From Malacoraja senta (lineage: Eukaryota): 64,000 bases of DNA. The first letter of the stretch is position 1, and each line of letters starts with the position of its first letter. The position numbers and the translations under genes are program-made. The stretch covers positions 1 to 64,000 of the forward strand of contig JAXLNO010000555.1 of NCBI GenBank assembly GCA_038087875.1, given 5' to 3'. This document shows, one piece after another, positions 11,752 to 23,964 of the stretch. The notes under the pieces are model-generated. The model made no database searches and was not told where the DNA came from. It worked only from the letters and a program-made list of their open reading frames with translations.

Positions 11752-14700
11752 ATGGGGAACAGCCTAGACAGAGATATAACAGACGATGCTAGCAACCCAT
11801 TGCAAATAATATGTAATAAGTTCCCTCACAAGGCAGAGAAATCAAGAGATATGTCAGGAGCGCTACATATGAAATTAAGAAACAAGCTATGGCCTCCGGG
11901 TGACATTAGAACAGTAAAAGGGATAAAATACATAGAACAAATTTGTTGGCAGCATTGTAATTGTTATAGTGCAAAGGAATTAATAGGATTATGGAAGAAA
12001 TATTATGAGGAACAAAAGGCGAATAAAGAGGTTAGGAGGATAGCGAGTTGAGAAAAAGTGATTTCTAAACTTGGAATAGTACTGAAAGAAGGTGAAGTAG
12101 ATTGACCTCCAGGCAGTAGGAATGACAGGAGTGGAGATGAAGGAAAACGCATGGAACTTGTCCCTGTAAATTTAAAGTTTAGGGATCCGATGGTTAGTGC
12201 TGACTTCGAGTGGGAAGAAGATGAATATTTGGAAGAATGGACAAATGGACAAATTTGTCCTCTCCTCTCTCTCTCTCTCTCTCCCCACAAATGGACAAAT
12301 TTTAACACTAGTTAAGGTACATTAGTCATGGTACACCAGTCATTGAAAGTAGGCATGCAGGTGCAGCAGGCAGTGAAGAAAGCGAATGGTATGTTGGCCT
12401 TCATAGCAAGAGGATTTGAGTATAGGAGCAGGGAGGTTCTACTGCAGTTGTACAGGGTCTTGGTGAGACCACACCTGGAGTATTGCGTACAGTTTTGGTC
12501 TCCAAATCTGAGGAAGGACATTATAGCCATAGAGGGAGTGCAGAGAAGGTTCGCCAGACTGTTTCCTGGGATGTCAGGTCTTTCATATGAAGAAAGACTG
12601 GATAGACTTGGCTTATACTCGCTAGAATTTAGGAGATTGAGAGGGGATCTTATAGAAACGTACAAAATTCTTATGGGGTTGGACAGGCTAGATGCAGGAA
12701 GATTGTTCCCAATGTTGGGGAAGTCCAGGACAAGGGGTCACAGCTTAAGGATAAGGGGGATATCCTTTAAGACCGAGATGAGGAAAAACTTATTCACACA
12801 GAGAGTGGTGAATCTCTGGAACTCTCTGCCACAGAGGGTAGTTGAGGCCAGTTCATTGGCTATATTTAAGAGGGAGTTAGATGTGGCCCTTGTGGCTAAG
12901 GGGATCAGGGGGTATGGAGAGAAGGCAGGTACGGGATACTGAGTTGGATGATCAGCCATGATCATATTGAATGGCGGTGCAGGCTCGAAGGGCCGAATGG
13001 CCTTCTCCTGCACCTATTTTCTATGTATCTATGTAGTGGAAATTAACAGCTCCCACCATGTTCCTCTTGCGTTTCCCAGGCTTCACTTACACCTTGTATG
13101 ACTTGTGTCCGTTATAAATATTTCAGGTCTGCGAAACCTACAACAACTTCTGCAGATTCTACACCTGAGCATATCTACCGATAGCAGAGACTGGGGTGCC
13201 AGATTCTTTGACTCTATCTACTCCATCATTAACAGATCGTCCAGTAGCTTACGGCACCCAGAATAGAACAAAGAGGTTAGCCCCAGTGTTTAAAGAAAAT
13301 GAAGGTATGATAGATATAGTCCAACCACCAGAATATTTCTGTGAGCCACAACCTAGACAAATTGGACGAGTAGCGAGAGGGAAGATCGAATTATTTAGAC
13401 AGTATCGGGAACCCCCGAGTGAATGGGAAGATTCATCTGCGGGTGAGACAGTAACTGAAGATACCGAGATAGATGTTTATGTAACCGAAAGGCTACAAAT
13501 TGAACAGATATCCCATAGACAGTTCTCAGTTGGGGAAGTGCTGAATACAGCCTTTGATTCGACCAGCGCAGTAGGTACAAACAATCTCCGTACCACAGAT
13601 GTCCATACTCTGTGGAAGCCCCATGAAATAATGGCAGTACTAAACAAAATCCCTGATAGAAAGAAGTCACCTGCTGCTTTTATAGATTATTTAAGAACCA
13701 CAATGCGTGTATATCATGCAGATTCACGAGATCTATGGGAGACCATACAACAAATAATTACTCCAGCTGAAAACACCAAATTTCTAGTAGCCCTAGGACA
13801 CCCAACATATGAAGCCTTGGCAAACATAATAGCGGATGATATTGCAAGAGAAGAGGCTGTTTTAATGGCCCTTGCAAATACTTTTCAATAGCCAAGTGAT
13901 TTAACATGAATTCTGGAGATAAAACCAGAACGAGCAAATGAGTTTTCAGAACGATTCTCAAAATTATTCTTAAACTATCAAAAATGGAACAAGTTCCCCA
14001 CAGTGTTGTGCTATCTTATTGAATTGTCTTCCCACTGCAGTAGCGGACTCAATTAAGACTGATAACAGGGTCTGGTCTGAGAACCGCGCCAGTCAAATGG
14101 CCAGAGCTGTGAGGCACTATTGGAAGGATGGTAGGAAACAGGAAAATTATCCTATAACTAGAAGAGAAACTGAATGTATGGTCAAGAAGGAGGAACCAAG
14201 CTCTGGCTCTCAACCATGGAGTCCCCAAATGTTAGCAAGGAATGGAATGGAAGAAATTAGTCCCAGACTACCCAGATTATTATTACAATTATACTCCCAA
14301 TTTAGAACCAATTCTACTGGAACCAAGGGGTAAAAGAAATTCAACCACATTACCTAATCAATGTTACACTTGTGGGGGAATTGGACACTGGAGTCGAGCC
14401 TGTCCGACAAGGGAGCGAGTGAGAGAGAGCGGTCAAAGAAAAAATTTCCAGAATCATGAAGAAATTAGGGATCCTAGAGGATATAGAAATATCCAAGATC
14501 CCAGGAGTTATAGGAGGTCCTTCAATTCAAGAGACTACTGGGACCCGAGGGAACAGAGAGAGAGCTGGCCCGAATGTCAGGAACCAAGAAGCCACAAACC
14601 GTTTACTCAAACCAACCCATTTTCTCAGTCCTGACTTACCAACCCATCCAGGAATTGTGGACTTGGAAATATGACCCCTACCCTAGAACCCCCTCAAGTA

Positions 14701-14952
14701 ATTTACTATAATGAAACAATTGGATGCACTATCATAGTGAAAACTGAAGATCACATAAGCGAAAATTGTAAACAACCTCATAACTGCCCAAGAAAACACC
14801 TTAAAACAAATAACACTGTAAATTTGGGAGCTTGTCACATCTGTACACAATTAGATCATTGGAGTAAGGAGTGCCCAGCGAGAAGACAGAATATAGCAGA
14901 ATGGAAGAGAAATCAAGGGGCAATAAAGAAATTAAGAAAAGGAACACAGTAG
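11752..14952 (+). pseudogene. gag: Retroviral gag pseudogene, interrupted by a CR1 insertion
   Basis: Starts MGNSL (Gly2, myristoylation-type). Matrix-like LWPPG. Capsid-like region at ~13600-14130. CX2CX4HX4C knuckles at 14362-14403 and 14833-14874. Multiple stops and frameshifts. Confidence 0.8.
12312..13034 (+). mobile_element. CR1-clade LINE 3' fragment
   Basis: ORF 12328-12942 contains LYRVLVRPHLEYCVQFWSP, LYSLEFRRLRGDLIETYKI and FTQRVVNLWNSLP. 3' UTR ends in (CTATGT)-type repeats. Confidence 0.95.
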
Positions 14953-17538
14953 CTGGTGTCAAGAAGGGAAAGAACTGAAGGGAACTCAGGTTGGCACTAG
15001 AGAAAGAATAAATGAATTTATTGCGCAGGAGGTACAGGAGTAGGGATCAGAGTCATTGAGCCATTGTAAATATGATCAATAACTTTTTATTAAGTTTGTG
15101 CCTCCAGGACAGTATAACCTACAATGCCACTATCTGCGGAGTGAGGTAAAGAGTAGGTGGACCCTTAAGAATGGGCAGATGACACAGCTCAGGTAGTCTT
15201 TATCTCCATCCACGTAGCTCCCCAGAGACAAAGACCAACAACGAAGAAGAAGTGGTACTGTCTTGTCCCTTTAATATACCATCTGGGAGAGGCCAACAAA
15301 TAAAGAAGGCTGCTCCTCGGTATTTCTACTCCTTTGGAACTAACATCGAGGAAGAAGAAGAAGATACCTACCCTAGTGCCCAACTTTAACATAACCTAAT
15401 ATTTAACACCAGTGAAGGGAAAAGAAAAGAACAACATCCAACATTTTCTAAAAAAAATACTACAGACAACCTTTGAAGACTAATGGGGCAAGCTCCAATT
15501 TGAAGAATTGAATTTAGAAATTTGAAAATGAATACTCCTCTGTGGGTCAGGGCAAGATACTCACTTTGCGCCTAAATTTAGTTATTAAAAATAAATTGAT
15601 TTGAAAATGGCTTATGGGATATAGTCTTTAAATAATTAGAGAATTGATTGTTGACTTGGCACTCTTGTCTCACCCATAGGAGGATAATCGAAGATGGGAC
15701 AGGACTATTTAGTGGCTATCAAGAAAGGGACTGACCCTAGCGGATACCACAAGTTAAGAAATAACCTGGGAACCTAAGCTGGTGGTGTAGAATGATGAGG
15801 TAGACTGAAAATTTAGATAATGAGTTCCCCTCGGAAGGTCAATACTAACCATCCAGGAAGTAACTCAGTGGTAAGAGGAAATTAGTTATAAGGAAGAACC
15901 CCTATTGTTTGTGAGCCTATTCAACATACTAAGAAAGAGTTACAGTCTCATTGAATTAGGAGTACTAAGGGAATGGGTACTTGTGTCAGAGTCTATGTAT
16001 TTTACCGGTGAATATAAATATGTCTAACCCTTGATAGTAAAGCGGCTTCTATTATCAAGGTGTAAAGAATCCTCTTCATTGGCTTTATAATAAAATTGAC
16101 AACATATGGAAATTAATTGATTAAATTTGAACAGCTGGGAATTCCACAGGAATTGGATGGAATTGTGTTATCGACCACAAACTGTGGAATGAGAAGGACC
16201 CTAAAACTCAAAATATTAAATTGAAGGCTGAAACTGAATTTGGTTGAATTGAAACATTCCTCATCATTTGCTTTAAATAAGAGTCACGCCTGTAGGGAAA
16301 TCTGGACTGAACCCAGCTGAAATTTATATGAGAAACCATCATCAGATATACATTGAAGAACATCGTGTGAATATGGAGAGGGCTGTTTAGTGTTGATCCT
16401 AGGATAGGAAACTTTATATTATGGAATAGAATAGTGATAGTGAAATAGAAAAAGGGCTTATGACAGAATAGTAATAGTACAGTGGAATGTGTGGGAAAGC
16501 ATTAGTGCATGAATGGTGGTTTGCTTTGTCCCAAGTTTTCTCAGGAATTATAGGTTAGACTATGGATAGAGTATGGAAGGATCAACAACACGGATGGAGG
16601 GGATTCACGCCCATGAAAACTCGGGAGGTGAAGACTCATCAGACGGAAATTGTGGGGCTGCACCCACAAAGACTCGGGAAGCTTGATATAATTCTGGGAA
16701 GAGACATCATCATCTTGTTGTTGTTAATAGATTGAGAATGTAATAGTCACATATGTATATCTGATTATCTGATTGATTGATTATCATAAATGATGGTTTA
16801 TCATATATGATAAAAAGGAAGGATTGTTAATCCTGGCTAAATTGGAGCAGCCATGGTATTTAAATTCAGTAAGGGCTTGTGTGCTGCTATGCCATTTTGG
16901 TCAAGTTAAATGTGCCTTTGTAGAACTGAGACAAGCTGCTGGATGGTGCCAGTATGTCTGTGGCCTTGATAAGAGCTGCAGAGAAAGAATGGGACATCTG
17001 CAAACGTCCTACAATAAGGTGTAAAATGCATGGAACTGATTGGGTCAATGCAAACCAGATATACATAGTGTAAATAATGTTGCAAAGCCTTATTTGGATA
17101 GTTGTTGATTGGTTGAAATGTTAAGCTTTGACTGGGTTGTCTGAATCCCAGGGCACATGTTGCTGTGTTGGCTTCCTTCTAGAAGCTTATTTCGAATACA
17201 ATGTATATAAGATTATATTATTGGGTTAGGGAACTGGCAATTATGTACTGTTATAATTAATATGTGTGATTGGTTTGTTGGGGTTGCCTCCCCCAAGTAA
17301 TGTCACACCCTTTGTTTGGAAGCGTATAAGAGGGTGTGTAATTCATTGGGGTGTGTCGGTTGAATGTGACTTCTGTTCTATTTGCACGAGATATTGTTGT
17401 CTTGCGTGGGTGGATCAGCAATGCTCCCTGCAGTTTGGTTTTCAATAAAGTAAGGTTTTGGAACCAGAGTTTGACAGTGTTTGTCTAAACCAGACAAAGG
17501 GGGTAAGTCTAGAACCGGAATTTACAGTGGGGAAGATG

Positions 17539-17835
17539 TAGTTTAGTTTAGTTTAGTTTAGTTTAGACATACAGCATGTCTTATGGCCCACCGAATCCAC
17601 GCCAACCATCGATCACCCATTCACACTAGTTCTATGTTATCCTGCTATCACATTCACTCCCAACACACTGGGCGGCATTTACAGAGGCCAATTAACCTAC
17701 AAACCCGCATGTTTTGGGAATGTGGGAGGAAACCGGAGGACCCGGAGGAAACCCATGTGGTCACAGGGAGAACGTGCAAATTCCACACAGACAGCAGCCG
17801 AGGTCATGATTGAACCCAAGTCTCTGTTGCCATGA
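17539..17835 (-). mobile_element. tRNA-derived SINE (HE1-like) with (CTAAA)n tail
   Basis: Minus strand has B-box GGGTTCAATC, body CTGTGTGGAATTTGCACGTTCTCCCTGTGACC and a (GTTTA)n tail at 17539-17565. Relatives at 32797-32940, 33080-33300, 43700-43847 and 50720-50830. Confidence 0.8.
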
Positions 17836-17874
17836 GGTATTAATACATCTGGATATCGGGGTCTTTGAGCTCTT

Positions 17875-18500
17875 TTATCATCTCCCAGAATGTAGAATAG
17901 TGAAAAGGGAATGGCCAGGATGGTAGGCATCCTTAACGATACTTCCAGTCTTCCTAATACAAAACATCATGAAGAAAGACTGGATACAAGGAAATAATGA
18001 GCCAATAATGGACTGACCTGTGTTCACCACTCTCAGCTGGTTCAAGTTGGTCAAGAGCAGAGCAGTTGTCATAACAAGCTGAAATGCATACCATCAGAAT
18101 ACTTTCTACAGCATAGAAGTTCAAGAGAATCCTCAGAGACATTCTGAATCTTCTCAGATGCTTACGAAAGTAAATACACTAATGCAGATTATTGATCAGT
18201 GATAAGGGACCATTTGAATTGCTGGTGATATGGATATCTAGAAGCTTGAGCTGTCGACAGTTTCTACAGCAGTTTCGTTGATGAGGACACGATTATATTG
18301 AAGATATGAGTTTATATAGTAATATGTTGTTGAAAGCTGAGCTGTAGTCAATGAATAGGCTCCTGTCATAGGTGTTCTTATAATCAGTAATACAGAGCTG
18401 AATGTAGTGCAAGGGAGATGGTGACCTCCATAGACCTACTTTTCCTCTATGCAAATTGTTGATTGCCTGGGGGATTGTGCGACATGCACCAGCAATAGTT
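17875..18500 (-). mobile_element. Old Rex1/Babar-like LINE fragment (continues at ~19440-20300)
   Basis: Degenerate peptides LFIDYSSAFN, NFYAVESIL and KDAYHPGHSLFTILHSGR. Confidence 0.65.
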
Positions 18501-18733
18501 ATTGAGAGAGATCTCTTTGCTTTTCTTGTGGAATGGAATGATAGATACTTCCTTGAAGTAGATTCAGAGAGATGAGTCATAGAATCATACAGTATGGAAA
18601 CAGCCCCCTTGGCCCAACTTGACTATGCTGAATAAGATGCACCATTTATGCTAGTTCCACTGCCCGTGTTTGGCCCATATCCCTCTAAAACTCTTCCATC
18701 CATGTACCAATCCAAATGTCTCTCAAATGTTGT

Positions 18734-19420
18734 CCCGGGGAGCAGCTTAGGTGGTGGGAGTGTCCCGGGGAGCTGCAAGAGCGATGGGAGTGTCCTATCC
18801 ACCCACCCTACAACCACGGCACCGACGACCAGAGCGATGACCAATGACCAGAACGCGCCTCGGTAGGCCTAACATGCCCCACAGGCCTCCCAAGGGAACT
18901 GCGGAGAAGCCGGTCAGCGTGGCCTTTCTGGGATGAAGGAGCCTCAGCGGCGGTGGCGAAGTGAGCCTCGGCGACAGCTTGAGCCTTGACGATAATGGGA
19001 TCCTTGGCGGTGGTGGGGCCTCGGCAGCAATGGGGGTCTTGGCAGCAACAGAGCATCGGCAGCGGCAGCGGGAATCTCGGTGGCGGTGGAGCATGAGGGG
19101 GGAGGGGAAGACAATGGAGACCCGATGAGGGGAGACTGCCATGAGGGACGGTGAGAGAACAAAGGGAGACCCGATGTGGGGGGGGGGGAGGGAGGGGCAC
19201 TCTAGTTTAGAATCCACTGCCCAGGGGATGTCTGTGTTCATTTGTTTGTTTGTTTGTTCTTTTGTTCCGGTGAAGGTTATGTGCACACGGCCACCAGCCA
19301 ACAGTCGCTTTTCCTTTTCTTTTTGTTTTCACTTTTAATTTCATGTTTTTGTGTACCGTGTTGTGAATGTTGGCAGACCAATTTCCCTCCGGGGTTGAAT
19401 GAAGTTTATCGTATCGTATA
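18734..19420 (+). mobile_element. GC-rich non-autonomous retroelement (SINE-like)
   Basis: Abrupt GC-rich block, then a T-rich region and a short (TATCG)n tail at 19407-19419. No credible ORF. Confidence 0.5.
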
Positions 19421-22400
19421 ATTTCATATTATAGTAACTGTTCAAGTACTGTTGAATAGACTGTTGAATAGAGGGGTTGAAGCTGTCAGCAAAGATTGAT
19501 TGGAGCGCGTTCAAAACCTAGCTAAGGACTCCATCTAGAACGGCCACTTTCTGAGAGGTTACCCTTAAGAAAGCAGATCCGACTATTGCCACCAACATGT
19601 ATTAGACATAGCCAGCAGGAAATGGGTGACACGATTTGGTGGAACTTTCTTTACCTGCTCAAAATAGGCATAAAATGCATTGAATTTATCTGGTAAAGAT
19701 GTGTCATTTCTAGCGATTCTAGGGATCATCCCAACTTTGAACTGTAGCTCGAGATGGTATTCTGACCCTGCCATCAGCTTTGATTGAATCTAGCCTCCAG
19801 CTCACTCTGAATTATTTACTTGTTATCCCTGCTAGTCTTATGGATATCATACTTGGCCTTCATGTACAGTGCAGGATCATCCTTCTTGAATGCCTTGAAT
19901 CTGGAATTAAGTGGACAGTAAGTCTCCCTCTTCATCAAGGTTTCTGGTTATGTTGGACCCGACTGTCTTTGTCAGAAGGCAGCTGCCATGGCATTTCTTG
20001 ATGAAACCAGTGATGTCTGAGATATTCATTCAGACTGGACAAAGTCTTCGTGAAGATGTTCCAGTCCACCGACTTCATGCAATCCTGAAGTAGATCCTCG
20101 GCTTCCTCAGACCTCTGCTGTATTAATATCTTTGCTGGTTCTTGAGCTGATCAGTCTGGCCAAAATGATAATGAAGGATGAAGTATTAGGTTTACTTGAT
20201 GGTAGCGGAGCAATGATCTAGGGTGTTAATACCCTGCAAGTAGCAGGAGACATGCTGATGGTACTGGGCAGTATATTTCCAACGTTTGCTTGACTAAAAT
20301 CAATAGACAATAGACAATAGATAATAGACAATCATCGGGGATGATGAAAGAGGCATGAGAATTTTCTCTCTGAGAGCTGATGGCCGACCACAATTTAATC
20401 CAGTGTCATCTTGGCATTGGCTTCTGGTGGTTGAAGACCTTCGACAACATGGTGGAATGTAAATTCGCTTGACAGATTTCAAGGAAGCCATGTTATAATC
20501 AGCTACTCCATGTTAGAATTGAGCTAACAAAATCACAAGTTCCCTCCATAACCCTAAAGTGATCCATGACTGTTGTCTAAAATTGAGCCACTCATTTCAC
20601 CCATCGTCCTTGTGCTCTTTGATATACACTGGCTCCTGAATAAGTAACATTTCAGTACTCCATGGATTCAACATTTCTATCTCTAGCATCTCCACCAGCT
20701 CAGCAATCTTGATATAGACCTGTGTTTTTCTCATTCTGGTCCTCTAATTGTTGCACACTTTAATAGCTCTATCATTCACATCTCCTGCTGTCCGCCTCAA
20801 GCACTGGAATTCCTTCCTAAAACCCCTTTTCCTCCATTAATGCGAATGCTCCATTAAAATCTACTTATGGTCTGAAATTGCTTTGGAAGGCATAATGTAT
20901 TGAGAAATGTCACAGGACAGGTCATTAAAACACATAAACGTAAATTGCAGACGTTATTGTAAGATTATTCAGTCTTGATTCAAGTTTTCATCCATTGGGT
21001 AAAAAAGGTCAAACCTCCAGATATTCTAAATGTGTCACCAAATTGAATTCACTATAGAATCATAGTGATACAGTGTGGAAACAGGCCCTTCGGCCCAACT
21101 TGCCCACACCAGTCAATATGTCCCAGCTATACTAGTCCCACTTCCCAGCATTTAGTCCATATCCCGCCAAATCTGTCCTATCCATGAATCCAGGATCTCA
21201 ATACCTTTTGCATTTTGTAAATATCTCTACAACAGCAGATATCTGTAGACTGAGAATTAAAATTGATGCTGGTTATTTTTTGTCATATAGTTCCTAACAC
21301 TGTGCCCAGAGTAGGCATCATGCCCACAATATTTTTTTTTCTGCCCAGGATGAAGTCCAAGGCTACTGAAAATAGTTTTTAAACGTTCCATTTATTGTGC
21401 AGTATGATTCTTTAAAAAATACTCAGCTGGTTTGTGCTGGCTTGTTATGCATTGAATGACAAGAATGACTCCTTCACATGTATTAATGAACAGTCCACTA
21501 TAAAACAATTAATTTCTTTATGAGCAACGGTATCTGATTTTAAACATTTAAACAGATGCAAAAATGAATACAAAGACATGAATCATCCTTTGTAATACTT
21601 AAAATCCAGGTTTGTTCTCACAATGAACCTTTTACCTTAATTATCCAACTATTAATGTGGCCCTTTGAGTTCATTATTATTTAATTACCTACACTGACGC
21701 CAGGACATGTATTGTACAGATTGTTTGCCTTATTTTGACATGCTGTTCAATCTTTGATTTTGATATGCATTATAAATAACAGCACATTGGGACTCTGTTT
21801 GTCTATTCCAGAAGTGCTGAATTAAACAAACCAGAAAGCCACCAGATGCTTGCTGCACATGTGACACCTCATTTAAGCACCCTTCCCCGTTACTGATGGC
21901 AAGTTGAGATGGAATACTAAAAGAGACCATCTTTCTGAGAATTCCTTTAATAACCTGCAGGGATATTTGAAATCAATCAAATTTACTGCCTGTCACATCA
22001 GGAGAAAGTGAAGCGGATTGGATAGAATATATGCAAGCAAAACCAAATTCAATATAAGGTCACTGATCAAATTTCGAAGAGATTTAGAGCATCATGTGGT
22101 ATCTAAGTTATTTCCTGTTGGATTTATAGCTCATTTTATTCCACCAGGATGTCAGTAAATCACCTATAAAGAACATACCTACAGGGAAGGAAGCACAACA
22201 GTAATTTAGTTCAAGATTTGAATATTCCAGCTCAGGTGTTTGAAAGAGTGCAGGGTTCAATTATGGACCACTGCAGCCCAAAAACCAGCTGCTGAAAGAA
22301 ATTGGACTGTGCATGATATATTAAACGTAATGAGAGTGCATGCTTCAGAACAGGTGTGACTGAGACTGGAGTGAAATTCCTTTATTACCATTTACTGATG

Positions 22401-23409
22401 CTCATCTATGAAGAAAAATCATTTTTAGCTTAATAATCTGAATAATTCAAGAAAAATGGACAATCAGGAAAAATGATAATTTTCTATTAAACTATGTTTA
22501 TAGCGATCATCAGTTTGACCTTGGTGCAACATTTCAATTTAAATTAAAGAAAGATGAGCTTTCCCATAATACTTTCTAGACAGTGAAGTATTATTTTTGG
22601 AGTGTAGTTACTGTTGTAAGTTAATAAATATAGCAGCAAGCTCCCACAAAATACAATGTGATGAAGAGCAAATAATCTGTGATGTTGATTAAGGAATACA
22701 TATTGGGTAATGGACATGGGAGTGTTCCTCCATTTGCCCTGCAGAATAGCAAAGGGTCATTGATTTATTACCACAGAGATGGAGGACATTCACTTTGTTG
22801 AGTTTGTGCAGCTCTGAGTGCAGGTATTCCATCAATCTCAATGCCAAATCCTTCCCCAAGATCCAGAAAATTATTTTCTCTCATTATTTTCTATTAATTT
22901 TCTTTGTAAACAATGATTGCCTGTTTTTTTCACATTTATAAGTAGAGAGCCCAGTCATCACCAATCTCTGCTCATCCCCATGTGGCTTTTTGCCCCATTT
23001 TTGAAAATCGGTCCCCTTTGAACCATCTGCTAATAGGAAGAGCTTCCACTCCCATTTAGCTGTTCTATTTGAACAGGTCACGATCCATCAGATTTCCTCT
23101 CAGAAAAAACACACTCGCGTCTTCATACTCATCCCTGACTCCATTATGGTAAAATCTCTCCTGCACCCTCTATGGATCTTTATATCCTTCCTAAAGTGAG
23201 TGACCTGAAGGAGACACAGTACTGTAGTTGTGATCTAAACAGAGTTATGCACAGCCCTGAAACTACCTCCCTGCTGATGTCCACACATGCCTGTGTTTAT
23301 GATCCCAGAATCTCAAATGTTAGATGAGCCTCTCTCGACTTTTAGCTTCAAGGGTATGTGCAGATTAAATGCAGATGTGGTAAAGCTAAGAAATCATTTT
23401 TATTCACAA

Positions 23410-23510
23410 TGGAGGGCAGATGGAGTGTTGCTTGAATGTCTCATTAAGGTCCCATTAATAAACGGACAGTGCCTCTGGCAATGCAGCACCCCATCAATGC
23501 TGCACCAGAC
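23410..23510 (-). repeat. Old DeuSINE/SacSINE-like central domain fragment
   Basis: Minus strand GGTGCAGCATTGATGGGGTGCTGCATTGCCAGAGGCACTGTC..ATGAGACATT resembles the Deu domain as I recall it. Similar decayed copies at ~22600-22830 (-) and ~51220-51410 (+). Confidence 0.45.
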
Positions 23511-23964
23511 TGTAGCTTTTCCGTTTTTTCCCAAATTTGTGTCTGAAGTCGTGGCAAACATAAGGCAGAATCCACATGAACATTTAACCCATGTCTCATT
23601 ATATAGATGGGCACAGAATTTCTTCCACCATCCTAATGGAAACCTGATTCTAAACTTTCATGACACCTATCCACCCCCCCCTCTCCAAATCCCCACCAAC
23701 AACAACCACCCTATCCCAGTTGCTACTTCCATAAGAAATACAGATTAGAATTCTCATGGAACAAATATAGATCACCACAGCACTGGAACAGGCTGTTCTG
23801 CCCTCAATGTCCATGCTAAACATAATGGCAAGTTCAATTAATCTCATCTGTCTGCAAGCAATCCATATCTCTCCATTCCCCCTGCATATGCATGTGCCTA
23901 TCTGAAAGCCTCAAATGCTACAATTGTATCTGCCTCCATTACCACCTCTGGTACCAACTCCATT

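Larger units (their letters stand above)
9868..17526 (+). mobile_element. Non-autonomous class-I (gamma/epsilon-like) endogenous retrovirus A: LTR-PBS-gag-degenerate pol remnant-PPT-LTR
   Basis: 5' LTR 9868-10480 lacks its first ~100 bp. It matches 3' LTR 16825-17526 (TGTTAA..TTTACA). PBS at 10482-10499; PPT AAAAAGGAAGGA at 16812-16823. Gag carries CCHC knuckles. Integrase-like remnant at ~15970-16336. No RT core or env seen. Confidence 0.9.

Noticed and set aside
12328..12942. Clean 204-aa ORF as a host gene
   Set aside because: It is the C-terminal part of CR1 ORF2 followed by the CR1 3' UTR, and several other copies lie in the window.
16340..16810. env gene in ERV A (and 47270-47715 in ERV B)
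   Set aside because: No ORF, furin site, CX6CC motif or transmembrane segment is visible.
21868..21960. Possible minus-strand exon after a CCTGCAG acceptor (similar case near 42380-42450)
   Set aside because: Translations resemble nothing I recognise, donors are weak or absent, and no exon chain can be built without RNA data.
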